Part shown: piece by piece, positions 1-9,166 of the stretch
Position numbering within the stretch: the stretch's first letter is position 1
Layout of the letters: each line of letters begins with the position of its first letter
Translations under genes and position numbers: made by a program
Source: Phycisphaeraceae bacterium
GTDB lineage: Bacteria; Planctomycetota; Phycisphaerae; Phycisphaerales; Phycisphaeraceae
Length of the DNA: 38,808 nucleotides
Direction of reading: 5' to 3'
Assembly (NCBI GenBank): GCA_028281215.1
Contig: JANQKH010000508.1
Location: 1-38,808, forward strand
The notes under the pieces: generated by a model
Databases searched by the model: none
Told to the model about the DNA's origin: nothing
What the model saw: only the letters and a program-made list of their open reading frames with translations

Positions 1-198
1 CTCAACGGCATGAACGACCACGCCAAACCCAAGATTCTTCCCATCGGCCGGGGTCAACACGACGCCGCCATGCTGCGCACACTCCAAGCCAGCGGTTACC
101 GTGGACCGGTCGGCATCCTCGATCACGTCAACAGCGAAGACAGCGAAGTCCAACTTAAGAAAAACCTCGAAGGCCTGAAGAAACTGACCCGCCCCTAG
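1..198 (+). CDS. C-terminal fragment of a gene truncated by the left edge; weakly resembles xylose-isomerase-like TIM-barrel sugar phosphate isomerase/epimerase proteins
   Basis: Frame 1 is open from base 1 (LNG precedes the listed M at 10) to TAG 196-198. The tail ...SGYRGPVGILDHVNSEDSEVQLKKNLEGLKKL resembles the last strand and helix of that fold. Too short for a firm call. Confidence 0.4.
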   Translation, partial: LNGMNDHAKPKILPIGRGQHDAAMLRTLQASGYRGPVGILDHVNSEDSEVQLKKNLEGLKKLTRP

Positions 199-278
199 CC
201 TTGAGCCTCACGCGATAAGCAACGGCGCTTCGTACAGATCGCCGTCGTCTCAATTCCACACTCGATTGACCAAAGCGA

Positions 279-1418
279 TCAAAGTCCGGGCCAACCGTCG
301 AAAACGAATTGGCCTTCACGGGAGATTACTTCGCCGTCGACAGTGATCGTGCCACCCTGACGCAGGTCGCAGACCATGTCCCAGTGGAGGCCGGACTCGT
401 TGGTGTTGCCGGATTCCGGGTAGCCGGCGCCGACGGCCGCGTGGAAGGTGCCGCCGATCTTTTCATCGAACAGCGTGTTCTTGGTGTATTGCTGAACGTT
501 GTAGTTCGTGCCGATGGCGATTTCACCGAGGTTGCGGGCGCCTTCGTCCTGATCAAGCATCTGAATCAGGAAGTCTTTGTTCTTGGACGCCTCGGCTTTG
601 ACGACGCGGCCTTTCTCGAACCACAGTTCAATGTCGTGCACTTCACGGCCGTGATGGACAGCGGGGAAGTGGTACTTGACGTATCCGTTGACGCCGCCGT
701 CGTCGGCATTGAGATTCGGGCCGGTGAACACCTCGCCGTCGGGAAAATTCTCATGGCCGGCGCAGTTGATCCAGGTCATGCCGTCGACCGTGACGGTCAG
801 GTCGGTGCCGTTGTCGGCTTTAAAGTGAATGTGCTTGCGGTTGTTGTTGAGGTAGTCGGTGACAAGCTGCTGGCGTTCCTCGATCTTCTTCCACTCGGTG
901 ACGGGGTCGTCCTTGTCAAGGTGGCCGGCGTTGAAGACGAAAGTTTCGTAGTCGCGCAGGCTCATCTCGGCATCCTGTGCGGAGGCGAGGGTGGGAAACA
1001 GTGTGCCGGTCCAGCGCAGGTCACCGCAGCCGGCGCGTTTCATGAAGGTCTGCGAGATCGGTTTGCGCGCCGCTGACGCGATGCCCTGGCGTTTGGGATC
1101 GACGTTGGTCATCGATTTGGTGTTCGTTTCCGCCCACAAGCCGATGCTGACATCAATGTTTTCGATCGCGTATTTGGCGATCGGGTTGACGTACTGCAAC
1201 TGCTCATCGCTGGCGTGCTCGAAGAACATTTCGGCGAAGCTGTCGGGTACGCATTGGACATAAACATGGGCGCCGGCCTGAATAATCTGTTCGTACAACG
1301 CTTCGAGCAGGGGCGTGGCGATCGGTTCGCCGGACAGGCGGACCAAGTCGCCCTGTTTGACGCGGGCGGAATAGTTGACGATGACTTTTGCGAGTTTGTC
1401 CAGTCGCTGATCGCGCAT
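279..1418 (-). CDS. aminopeptidase, M29 family (AmpS/PepS-type)
   Basis: ORF 279..1541. Start moved to ATG 1416-1418 (MRDQRLDKLAKVIVNYSARVKQGD...), which has GGGAG 8 nt upstream. The 41 codons before it are Pro/Ser/Thr-rich and unlike protein. The whole length reads like M29 (…GTNYN…FDEKIGGTFHAAVG…). Confidence 0.85.
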   Translation of the reverse strand: MRDQRLDKLAKVIVNYSARVKQGDLVRLSGEPIATPLLEALYEQIIQAGAHVYVQCVPDSFAEMFFEHASDEQLQYVNPIAKYAIENIDVSIGLWAETNTKSMTNVDPKRQGIASAARKPISQTFMKRAGCGDLRWTGTLFPTLASAQDAEMSLRDYETFVFNAGHLDKDDPVTEWKKIEERQQLVTDYLNNNRKHIHFKADNGTDLTVTVDGMTWINCAGHENFPDGEVFTGPNLNADDGGVNGYVKYHFPAVHHGREVHDIELWFEKGRVVKAEASKNKDFLIQMLDQDEGARNLGEIAIGTNYNVQQYTKNTLFDEKIGGTFHAAVGAGYPESGNTNESGLHWDMVCDLRQGGTITVDGEVISREGQFVFDGWPGL

Positions 1419-1505
1419 GGGCGAGTCTCCCTTTTCATTGGAACGCGGCATTCTACCGGACCACGAGCCGGTGGGTGTCCGGAGAAATACGTCAAACTGA
1501 CCGGG

Positions 1506-2609
1506 TTGAGTCGCTACAATGGACGGTGGATTCACCGGCATTCTTCGGAGGTACAGGCTTTGCCTGACAGTCCATCGACGTCGGAAAAACAGGTCACGTC
1601 AGAAGCGGCCGACGTGCGTGACCCCGCCTCTTCCTCGGCCGACTCCAACCGATCATTCGATCTGTCCGACTTGGCGGAAGGCCGAACCCAATTCGGCGCG
1701 AACCTCGAACCCGCATTACGCACAGCTTGCAACGATCGTCTCTCGGAAGTCCGATGGTTCCGAGCGGACTGGCAGCGCGGCGGCGCCTTGACCGGCTACG
1801 CGGCTTATTGCGACGACGCCGGCGATGAACATGAAGTGGTCGTCAAACTACCCGTGCCGCCGGTCGAGCGGAAGTGGCTGGTGCGGTTGCAGGACAGTAA
1901 TACGGTGACGGATGTGGTGCCGCGGCTGTTTCAGTACGGCGATGAACTGGGCGGGTACGACCTGATCTGGGTGGTCATGGAGCGACTGGCGTACGGACCA
2001 ATCGGGTCGGCGTGGGGCGGTGCAGCGTTTGACTTGTTCGTCGAAGCGGTGGGACGATTCGCATGGGCGACGTCGGCGTTTGAAGTGGAAGGCGAAGCCC
2101 GGCATAAGGACTGGAAGAAGATTCACCAGATGGCGCGAGACCACATCCGCCGGCACGACGTCGCCAATGAACAGCAGTGGCAGAAGGCGCTGAAGAAGGC
2201 GCATCGGCATCTGAAAGATTGGATCGCAACGTGGGAGGATCGACCGACGGACGATTGGTGTCACGGTGACCTGCATCCGGGTAACGCGATGACGCGTGTA
2301 CCGCCGCCGGATGGGCCGGTGTTGTTGTTCGACCTGGCCGAGGCGCATCGCGGCCATTGGCTGGAAGATGCTGTTTACTTCGAGCATCTGTATTGGTCGA
2401 AACGTGATCAATTGGATGGTCGCAAACTGTGCAACATGATCGCGAAGCAGCGCAAGAAACATGATCTGCCGGTTGAGAAAGATTGGTCCAAACTGGCGTC
2501 GGTGCAGCGCGCGTTGCTGGCGATGGCGACACCGGCGATGTTGCAACACGAAGGCAACCCGGCACACGTGGCGGCGGCGCTGCAAGTGCTGGAGCGCGAA
2601 GTTGGATGA
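1506..2609 (+). CDS. phosphotransferase-family (APH/choline-kinase-like) small-molecule kinase
   Basis: ORF 1215..2609 overlaps the divergent aminopeptidase, so the true start must be internal. There is no in-frame ATG in this stretch; TTG 1506 is the first canonical start after 1418, with alternatives TTG 1560 and GTG about 1612. Catalytic loop WCHGDLHPGNAM and downstream LLFDLAE motif are typical of the APH fold. The N-terminal ~70 aa are low-complexity. Confidence 0.65.
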   Translation: MSRYNGRWIHRHSSEVQALPDSPSTSEKQVTSEAADVRDPASSSADSNRSFDLSDLAEGRTQFGANLEPALRTACNDRLSEVRWFRADWQRGGALTGYAAYCDDAGDEHEVVVKLPVPPVERKWLVRLQDSNTVTDVVPRLFQYGDELGGYDLIWVVMERLAYGPIGSAWGGAAFDLFVEAVGRFAWATSAFEVEGEARHKDWKKIHQMARDHIRRHDVANEQQWQKALKKAHRHLKDWIATWEDRPTDDWCHGDLHPGNAMTRVPPPDGPVLLFDLAEAHRGHWLEDAVYFEHLYWSKRDQLDGRKLCNMIAKQRKKHDLPVEKDWSKLASVQRALLAMATPAMLQHEGNPAHVAAALQVLEREVG

Positions 2610-2613
2610 ATGC

Positions 2614-3603
2614 ATGTCTGATCCACCAAACAATGCCGCACCGCTGTACGGCAAGCCGGGCTGGTTGGACTGGCTCTCACGCATCATCGCCCGCACGGTG
2701 TATCGCCTGCCACGGTTCGCGCCGTCGCGGTTCAAGCAGAAAAGTTTGTTGCCCATCTGGGACGAACTCGACGGTGAACCGTTTGTGGTTCAATCAAGCG
2801 ATGGTGTTGAAATTCATGCGGTGCGTTGTATGGGTAAACCGCCGAAAGACGGTGTCGAGCGATTGCCCATCGTCTTCGCTCATGGCTGGACCGAGGTGAA
2901 GGAATACCATCATCGGCTGGCGCGGTTGCTCACGTCGCGCGGGCATGAGTTTGTGATCTACGATCAACGCGCGCACGGACAGTCGAAGGCGAAGTTCAGC
3001 ACGCTCGGCGTGCGCGAGCCGGATGATCTGGCGGCGGTCATCGACGGCGCCATTCAGCGCGGCTGGTTGGGTCGGCGGTTCATCCTCATGGGCGTGAGCA
3101 TGGGCGGGGCGACTGTGTTGCGGCAGGCAGCGCGTGATCGCCGTGTGGCGGGTGTCGTGGCGTACGCGCCGTTCGCCAGCTTTGTAGAGGCGAATCAGAC
3201 GTTCAAACAGCGTGTGTTTCGGTTTGCGGGTAGCGATTGGGTGACTCGTGGGGCGATCGGCGCGGCGGAACGATGGGGGTTCGACATCCGTGAATCCGCG
3301 CCGGTGAATTGTGTGGCGGAGATCGACGCGCCAATGCTTTACATCGTCGGCGCCAATGACCGCCACCTGCCGGCCGAGCATCACACGCAGAAGTTGGCGG
3401 CCGTCACAGACAGTGAAGTTGTCATCGTGCCCGGCGCAAATCATTTCAACATCTGCTACTTGGCCTGGCCGGAGGCCGATGACGCGATGTTGGCGTTTGT
3501 GGATCAAGTGTCGCGCCACGTGGCTCGCAGGGAGGCCGACGATGAAACGACCGGTGATAACCACCCTGCTGAATCGTGCAATGAATTGGTGAACGAACAC
3601 TGA
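2614..3603 (+). CDS. alpha/beta hydrolase
   Basis: ORF 2461..3603 trimmed to ATG 2614 (MSDPPNN...), 5 nt after the kinase stop (TGA 2607-2609). The earlier part is Arg/Cys/Trp-rich out-of-frame read-through. Has HGW oxyanion region (VFAHGWTE) and nucleophile elbow GVSMGG. Confidence 0.8.
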   Translation: MSDPPNNAAPLYGKPGWLDWLSRIIARTVYRLPRFAPSRFKQKSLLPIWDELDGEPFVVQSSDGVEIHAVRCMGKPPKDGVERLPIVFAHGWTEVKEYHHRLARLLTSRGHEFVIYDQRAHGQSKAKFSTLGVREPDDLAAVIDGAIQRGWLGRRFILMGVSMGGATVLRQAARDRRVAGVVAYAPFASFVEANQTFKQRVFRFAGSDWVTRGAIGAAERWGFDIRESAPVNCVAEIDAPMLYIVGANDRHLPAEHHTQKLAAVTDSEVVIVPGANHFNICYLAWPEADDAMLAFVDQVSRHVARREADDETTGDNHPAESCNELVNEH

Positions 3604-3622
3604 TCGCCAACAAGGAGGCTCC

Positions 3623-5155
3623 ATGCGACGCACGAATCAAACCCTTTTGCTGTGCATCTGTCTGTTGTCGACGGTAGCACATGGTGATGTCAGACTGCCT
3701 GCGGTGATTGGCGACCACATGGTGTTGCAGCGCGGCAAGCCGTTGCCGATCTGGGGTTGGGCTGATGCGGGTGAAGCGATTGCCGTTACATTGGGCGATC
3801 AAACCAAACAGACCAAAGCCAATGACGCCGGTACGTGGCGTGTCACGTTTGATGCGATCGACCAGGCCGACGCGCCGTTGCAACTGACTGTCAAAGGCGC
3901 CAACACGCTGACGGTCAAGGACATTCTGATCGGCGAAGTATGGGTGTGCTCAGGCCAGTCGAACATGCAATGGTCGGTTGCGCAGTCGGCGAACCCGCAG
4001 GAAGAAATCAAGGCGGCGAATTATCCGAAGATTCGTCTGTTTCATGTGCCCCGTTCGCCGGCCGGCTCGCCGGCGCAGGATGTGAAGGCGTCATGGTCCG
4101 CATGCACGCCGCAGACGGTGACGCATTTTTCCGCAGTCGCGTACTACTACGGTCGTAAACTGCACAAAGACTTGGATGTGCCGGTTGGTTTGATTCACGC
4201 GTCATGGGGTGGCACGCGCATTGAGCCTTGGATTCCGGCCGAGGGTTACAAACTCAGTAATCGTCCGGAATTCAAACGTGTGCTCGATTCGGTCATCAAC
4301 GCGCGGGCAAACTACTTGAAGAACAAGAACACGGCCCTTGATGAGATGGCCAAGTGGTTGCCCAAAGCGCAGGCCGCCGCAAAGAGCGGTGCGCCGATTC
4401 CCAACCCGCCACGTTGGCCGGCCGACCCTGTCGCCCGGCACTCATCGCCCACCGGTTTATACAACGGCATGGTGCATCCGGTTGTGCCGTTCGCCGCGCG
4501 CGGGGCGATCTGGTACCAGGGTGAATCCAATCGCGGTAACGGTATGCTGTATCACGATCTGATGAAGTGCCTCGTTGGTGGTTGGCGACAGGCGTGGCAG
4601 CAGAAACCGGAAGACTTCGCGTTTTACTATGTCCAACTCGCGCCGTTCAATTACGGCAACCATCCGACCGCGCTGCCGGAAATCTGGGAAGCGCAGACCG
4701 CGGCGATGAGCATTCCCAACACCGGCATGGTCGTGACCACCGACATTGGCAACGTCAAAGATATCCACCCGAAGAACAAACAGGACGTCGGCAAACGGCT
4801 CGCGCTTTGGGCGCTTGCAAAAACGTACGGCAAAGAAGAACTCATCCATTCCGGGCCGCTCTTCAAAGATGTGAAATTCGAAGGCGGCAAAGCGATCCTC
4901 CATTTCGACCATGTCGGCGGCGGTTTGGCATCGCGCGACGGCAAACCGTTGACGCACTTCGCCATCGCCGGCGAGGACAAACTGTTTACACCTGCCGAAG
5001 CCGAGATCGATCTGACCGGCAAGACAGTCATCGTGCAGGCGGACGGTGTTAAGAAACCCGTCGCCGTCCGCTTTGGCTGGGATCACACCGCAGCACCGAA
5101 CCTGATGAATAAGGAAGGGTTGCCAGCGAGTCCATTTCGGACGGATTCCTGGTGA
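3623..5155 (+). CDS. secreted sialate O-acetylesterase-like (SASA/SGNH-type) carbohydrate esterase
   Basis: AAGGAGG at 3612-3618 precedes ATG 3623. N-terminal signal peptide (LLLCICLLSTVAHG). GEVWVCSGQSNM catalytic serine block and WYQGESN are typical of the SASA family. Confidence 0.85.
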   Translation: MRRTNQTLLLCICLLSTVAHGDVRLPAVIGDHMVLQRGKPLPIWGWADAGEAIAVTLGDQTKQTKANDAGTWRVTFDAIDQADAPLQLTVKGANTLTVKDILIGEVWVCSGQSNMQWSVAQSANPQEEIKAANYPKIRLFHVPRSPAGSPAQDVKASWSACTPQTVTHFSAVAYYYGRKLHKDLDVPVGLIHASWGGTRIEPWIPAEGYKLSNRPEFKRVLDSVINARANYLKNKNTALDEMAKWLPKAQAAAKSGAPIPNPPRWPADPVARHSSPTGLYNGMVHPVVPFAARGAIWYQGESNRGNGMLYHDLMKCLVGGWRQAWQQKPEDFAFYYVQLAPFNYGNHPTALPEIWEAQTAAMSIPNTGMVVTTDIGNVKDIHPKNKQDVGKRLALWALAKTYGKEELIHSGPLFKDVKFEGGKAILHFDHVGGGLASRDGKPLTHFAIAGEDKLFTPAEAEIDLTGKTVIVQADGVKKPVAVRFGWDHTAAPNLMNKEGLPASPFRTDSW

Positions 5156-5236
5156 TTTCGGATTGGCGTATTGGGATTCAAGTGATGCAAGAACAGCGCT
5201 AGCGAAAATCCGTAATTCAAAATCCCAAACCCGAAA
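5156..5236. repeat. imperfect inverted repeat between convergent genes (possible bidirectional terminator)
   Basis: TTTCGG (5156-5161) and TTGGGATT (5171-5178) pair with AATCCCAA (5221-5228) and CCGAAA (5231-5236). An internal CGCTAGCG palindrome is present. No clear U-tract. Confidence 0.25.
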
Positions 5237-5241
5237 TCGAA

Positions 5242-6726
5242 TCATCCCGCTTGATCAAGCCCGAATTGCTTGATCTTTTTGTAAAGCGTGGTGCGGTTGA
5301 TATCCAACTGACTGGCCGTGATCTGCCGATTCCAGTCGTTAGCTTCGAGGGCGGCGAGAATGATTTGCTTTTCGGGTTCAACCAGTGCATCGACCAACGG
5401 CGTGGGATGCCAACCGCCTTCGAGTGCGGGCACATGGACGCCGCCGGAAGGGGCGAATGACTGGTCCGGCGACAAAGAGAGCGCGTGGCCGGTTTCACCG
5501 CGAACAAAGCGCTGGATTGTTTCCGGCAACTGGTCGAGGCTGATGATCGGTTGTCGGCTCAGCACCACCGCACGTTCGATTGCATTTTCCAACTCGCGCA
5601 CGTTGCCGGGCCAGTCGTAACTTTGCAGGGCGTTCATCGCCTGTTCATCGATGCCGGTGATCGTCTTGCCGGCTTCTTTGCAGTATTTCTCGACAAAGTG
5701 ATTGGCAAGCGCGGGAATGTCGCCGACGCGGTCAGTCAGGTTGGGCATCTGAATGTGAACGACGTTGATGCGGTAATACAGGTCTTCACGGAATGTGCCG
5801 CCGCGGACCAGTTGTTCAAGCGGTTGATTGGTCGCGAGGATGAAACGGACGTCAACCGTGGTGGTTTGGGTTGAACCGACCGGTTCGAACTGCTTCTCCT
5901 GAAGGACGCGGAGCAGTTTGAGTTGCAGGCTGGGCGTCGCACTGTTGATTTCGTCGATGAACAACGTGCCGCCGTCGGCCGCGAGGCATTTGCCGGGCTT
6001 GTCATGGTCGGCGCCGGTGAAGGCGCCTTTGACGTGGCCGAACAGTTCGCTTTCGAGCAAGGTTTCGGGAATGGCGCCGCAACTAAAGGTGATGAACGGA
6101 GCGGATTGGCGGGGACTGTTGGCGTGAATCGCGCGGGCGACCATCGACTTGCCCGTGCCGCTGCCGCCTCCGATCAGCACGGTGGTTTTGCTTTCCGCGA
6201 CGGCGTCAACCAGGTCGTACACCTTCTGCATGCGGTAGTCCGACCCGATGATGTTGCCCATGCCGAAGCGTTCGGAAAGCTGCGCTTTGAGTGTCTGGTT
6301 TTCATGCAGCAACGTGTGCTGATTGAGTGCCTTATTGACCGCGATGCGCAGTTCGTCATCGACGACCGGTTTGGTTAGGTAGTCGGCGGCGCCGAGTTTT
6401 ACCGCTTCGACGGCGGATTCGATCTTGCCGAACCCGGTGATCATGATCGGCACGACGGATGGACTTTGCTTGCGCAGTCGTTTGAGAAGCTCGATGCCGT
6501 CACTACGCGGCATGTTCATGTCGGTGATGACTACGGCGTAGGGCGCGGCTTGCGATCTGCCGGCGGTGTCGCCTTCGGTGTCGGCGGTCGAACCGATCAG
6601 GTCCATGGCTTCATTGCCATCGCCCGCGGTTGTCGTGACGTAACCTTCCCGCGCGAGAAACTCGGCGAGGCTTTCGGCGACGATCGGATCGTCATCGACA
6701 ATCAGGATGCGCGGTTTGTCAGGCAT
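5242..6726 (-). CDS. sigma-54-dependent Fis-family response regulator (NtrC-class enhancer-binding protein)
   Basis: REC domain (ILIVDDD…ITDMNMP…KP). AAA+ core with Walker A GGSGTGKS, GAFTGA loop (KGAFTGA) and ELFGH. C-terminal Fis HTH (LDINRTTLYKKIKQFGL). Confidence 0.95.
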   Translation of the reverse strand: MPDKPRILIVDDDPIVAESLAEFLAREGYVTTTAGDGNEAMDLIGSTADTEGDTAGRSQAAPYAVVITDMNMPRSDGIELLKRLRKQSPSVVPIMITGFGKIESAVEAVKLGAADYLTKPVVDDELRIAVNKALNQHTLLHENQTLKAQLSERFGMGNIIGSDYRMQKVYDLVDAVAESKTTVLIGGGSGTGKSMVARAIHANSPRQSAPFITFSCGAIPETLLESELFGHVKGAFTGADHDKPGKCLAADGGTLFIDEINSATPSLQLKLLRVLQEKQFEPVGSTQTTTVDVRFILATNQPLEQLVRGGTFREDLYYRINVVHIQMPNLTDRVGDIPALANHFVEKYCKEAGKTITGIDEQAMNALQSYDWPGNVRELENAIERAVVLSRQPIISLDQLPETIQRFVRGETGHALSLSPDQSFAPSGGVHVPALEGGWHPTPLVDALVEPEKQIILAALEANDWNRQITASQLDINRTTLYKKIKQFGLDQAG

Positions 6727-6735
6727 GAAATTGCG

Positions 6736-7494
6736 TTATCCGTCAAGCAAGGATGCGATGGGAAACTGCAAGGTAAACGAAGCGCCGCGCGGCGCACGGT
6801 TGGTAAGTCGAAACGAGCCGGCAAGTTCGTCGGCAATGTCGCGACAAACGGCCAAACCGATGCCGTGGCCGTCGGGTTTGGTTGTTTCACCAATGCGACA
6901 GTCGCCGTGGGCGTCGAGCAGTTCGTGCGGGACGCCGGGACCGTTGTCATCGATTCGAATACTGACATATCCGCCTTCCGCTTTGATCGACAATTCGATG
7001 CGCGGTGCATCGATAGGCGGTCCGGCGTGCACGATCGCGTCAATACTGTTGCGCAGCGCATTGGCGAACACGTGGTACAACGGGCCGGCTTGCAGATGCG
7101 CGACGTCGGAATCACACGCGATGGAAAGCGCGATGCGGTGTTCGCTCAGACGCGGCAACACGAGGCGGTGGGCAAGTTCGACGACGTGCTGGATGCTCGC
7201 GGTGTCTGAGCCTACGGTGTCGTCGGTCGCACTCGATTGCAGCCAGTGTTTGAGCAACGTCGCCATCTGCCGCATGCCTTGCTCGGCGGACTGAAGCCTT
7301 TGCGTGACGTCGGCGGTGGGGTTGCCGGCCTGTTCGGCTAGAAACGCCCGCACCAGATTGACGTTGCGCATCGAACCGTCGAGCAGGTTGGCCAGTTCGT
7401 GGGCGACCTTGGTTTTCGTTAAGTCTGGCAGAATATTTGACTTATGGCCTGCCGGAGTGATGTTGCCTGTATTCGACATTTCAACCTTTGGCAT
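6736..7494 (-). CDS. soluble histidine kinase with only DHp + HATPase_c domains, no sensor domain
   Basis: ORF 6736..7590 trimmed to ATG 7494 (MPKVEMSNTG...); ATG 7479, preceded by AAAGG, is an alternative. H-box KVAHELANLLDG, N-box FANALRNSIDA, G1 DDNGPGV, G2 GHGIGLAV. No hydrophobic segment. The stop is 9 nt before the regulator ATG. Confidence 0.8.
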   Translation of the reverse strand: MPKVEMSNTGNITPAGHKSNILPDLTKTKVAHELANLLDGSMRNVNLVRAFLAEQAGNPTADVTQRLQSAEQGMRQMATLLKHWLQSSATDDTVGSDTASIQHVVELAHRLVLPRLSEHRIALSIACDSDVAHLQAGPLYHVFANALRNSIDAIVHAGPPIDAPRIELSIKAEGGYVSIRIDDNGPGVPHELLDAHGDCRIGETTKPDGHGIGLAVCRDIADELAGSFRLTNRAPRGASFTLQFPIASLLDG

Positions 7495-7617
7495 CGGTTG
7501 AAAACGCACGACGGTTAAGTGTGATGTCGATTCGGAGCAACGTAGAACAGTGGGCGGATGTGTCGCTTGCGTGCAACGTAAGGGCGGCAACCGCGTCCGA
7601 ATAACCCATGTTGTTCG

Positions 7618-9129
7618 TCAAAACAACGTTGGTTGATCATCGTCCGAGCCGTATCGTTTACGACGGCGGGTTGAACGTTTGCGAGGCGGCGCGGGTGTGC
7701 TGCGAAGTTTCTTTGCGATTCGGTTTTCCTTGCCGCCTTCGGATTCGACGCGACTGTTCAGGTCGCCGTCGGGCAACACAGTGCGAATGATCTCGCCATC
7801 GTGCACGTCGGCTTTGCTTCGGACGAGTTGGCCATCAGGGGTCATCGTAAGCGAATAGCCGCGCTGCAAGACGCGCTGCGGGTTGACGGCATCGAGTTCG
7901 CGCTCCGCGGCGTCCAGTAGTATCGCTTGCGATTTGAACAGATTCACCGTCGATCGCGTGAGGCGGTGAGACAGGTCGACCAGTTGTTGCTGTTGTGTCG
8001 CGACATGGTGAGGAAGATCGCGCGTCACGCGGTGGGCGAGGAGGTCGAGTTGAGCTGTCTGCTCATTCACCACGCGTTGAAGCTGGCTGGTCAATTGCTG
8101 TGCAAGGTGATCGAGCCGCTGGCGGACCGGCGCGTAGACACGGTCGGGTCGCCGTAACCATTCGTGACGGACAAGGCTTTGTAGGTGTCGGCGATGCTGC
8201 TCGAGCAGACGGGTCATGTTGAGGCGGAGACGATGCGCCAGTTGCTCGACCTGATGCGTCAGTGCGTCTCCGTCCGGAATGACGGTCATGGCAGCCTGTG
8301 TCGGCGTGGCGCAGCGCACGTCGGCGACGAGTTCGGCGATGGTGGTGTCGGTTTCGTGCCCGATCGCGGCGACGATGGGGATCTTGGATTTGTAAATCGC
8401 GTCGGCGACGGCGCGCTCGTTGAACGCCCAGAGATCTTCGATCGATCCGCCGCCGCGGGTGAGGATGATCACGTCGATCGTCAGCGGTGTCCGTTGCTTG
8501 TTGAGTTGTGTGATCGCGGCGGCAATCTCGCCGGCGGCGTTGTCGCCCTGCACACGCACGTCATGCAACAGCAAACGGCAGCCGCGCCACCGCTTTCCCG
8601 CAGTGTTGATCACATCCTGGAGGGCGGCCGCCTTACGACTGGTGATGACCGCAACGCGCCGTGGCAATGGCGGCAACGGTTGTTTACGGTTCAGTTCAAA
8701 ATAGCCAAGCTTGCGCAGTTCATCACACAACGCGCGGTAGCGCAATTCCAGTTCGCCGACGCCGACCGGTTCCAGTTTGTCGACATAGAGTTGGACGTTG
8801 CCTTGGGCGTCGTAGAAATCGATGCGCCCGGTGGCGATCACTTCCATTCCGTCTTTCACGTCGAAGCGCACTTTGCGGGCGCTGGACTGAAAGCAGACGC
8901 ATCGCATTGCGGCGTTGCTGTCTTTCAGACTGAAAAACCAATGTGTGCGGGCGGACAGATTGCTGATTTCACCAATCACGCGCACCTTGGCGGGCAATCC
9001 GGCGTTCAGGGCGCTGCGAACCGCGTTGGCGAGTTGTGTGACGGTCCACGGCCGATCGGACTTCGTCGCAGGCGGCGACGCGGCCGGCGGACCGGCAATC
9101 AAATCAGGGTTGAAAGGCAATCGTGCCAT
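7618..9129 (-). CDS. xseA: exodeoxyribonuclease VII large subunit
   Basis: N-terminal OB-fold block WTVTQLANAVRSALNAGLPAKVRVIGEISNL, catalytic block ILTRGGGSIEDLWAFN…AIGHETD, then a long coiled-coil region. Has an extra basic C-terminal tail. Confidence 0.9.
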   Translation of the reverse strand: MARLPFNPDLIAGPPAASPPATKSDRPWTVTQLANAVRSALNAGLPAKVRVIGEISNLSARTHWFFSLKDSNAAMRCVCFQSSARKVRFDVKDGMEVIATGRIDFYDAQGNVQLYVDKLEPVGVGELELRYRALCDELRKLGYFELNRKQPLPPLPRRVAVITSRKAAALQDVINTAGKRWRGCRLLLHDVRVQGDNAAGEIAAAITQLNKQRTPLTIDVIILTRGGGSIEDLWAFNERAVADAIYKSKIPIVAAIGHETDTTIAELVADVRCATPTQAAMTVIPDGDALTHQVEQLAHRLRLNMTRLLEQHRRHLQSLVRHEWLRRPDRVYAPVRQRLDHLAQQLTSQLQRVVNEQTAQLDLLAHRVTRDLPHHVATQQQQLVDLSHRLTRSTVNLFKSQAILLDAAERELDAVNPQRVLQRGYSLTMTPDGQLVRSKADVHDGEIIRTVLPDGDLNSRVESEGGKENRIAKKLRSTPAPPRKRSTRRRKRYGSDDDQPTLF

Positions 9130-9166
9130 GGTGATTCATGATGACGCAAAGTCGGTTGTTTGTCGA

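Noticed and set aside
1215-1505. N-terminal extensions of longest ORFs. Examples are 1215-1505 of the kinase-like gene, 1419-1541 of the aminopeptidase, 2461-2613, 7495-7590, 10208-10351, 12701-12745, 19309-19440, 21120-21170 and 34419-34451
   Set aside because: The extensions overlap neighbouring genes or read as non-protein-like sequence. Internal starts restore the usual family N-termini or signal peptides, often with a Shine-Dalgarno-like element.
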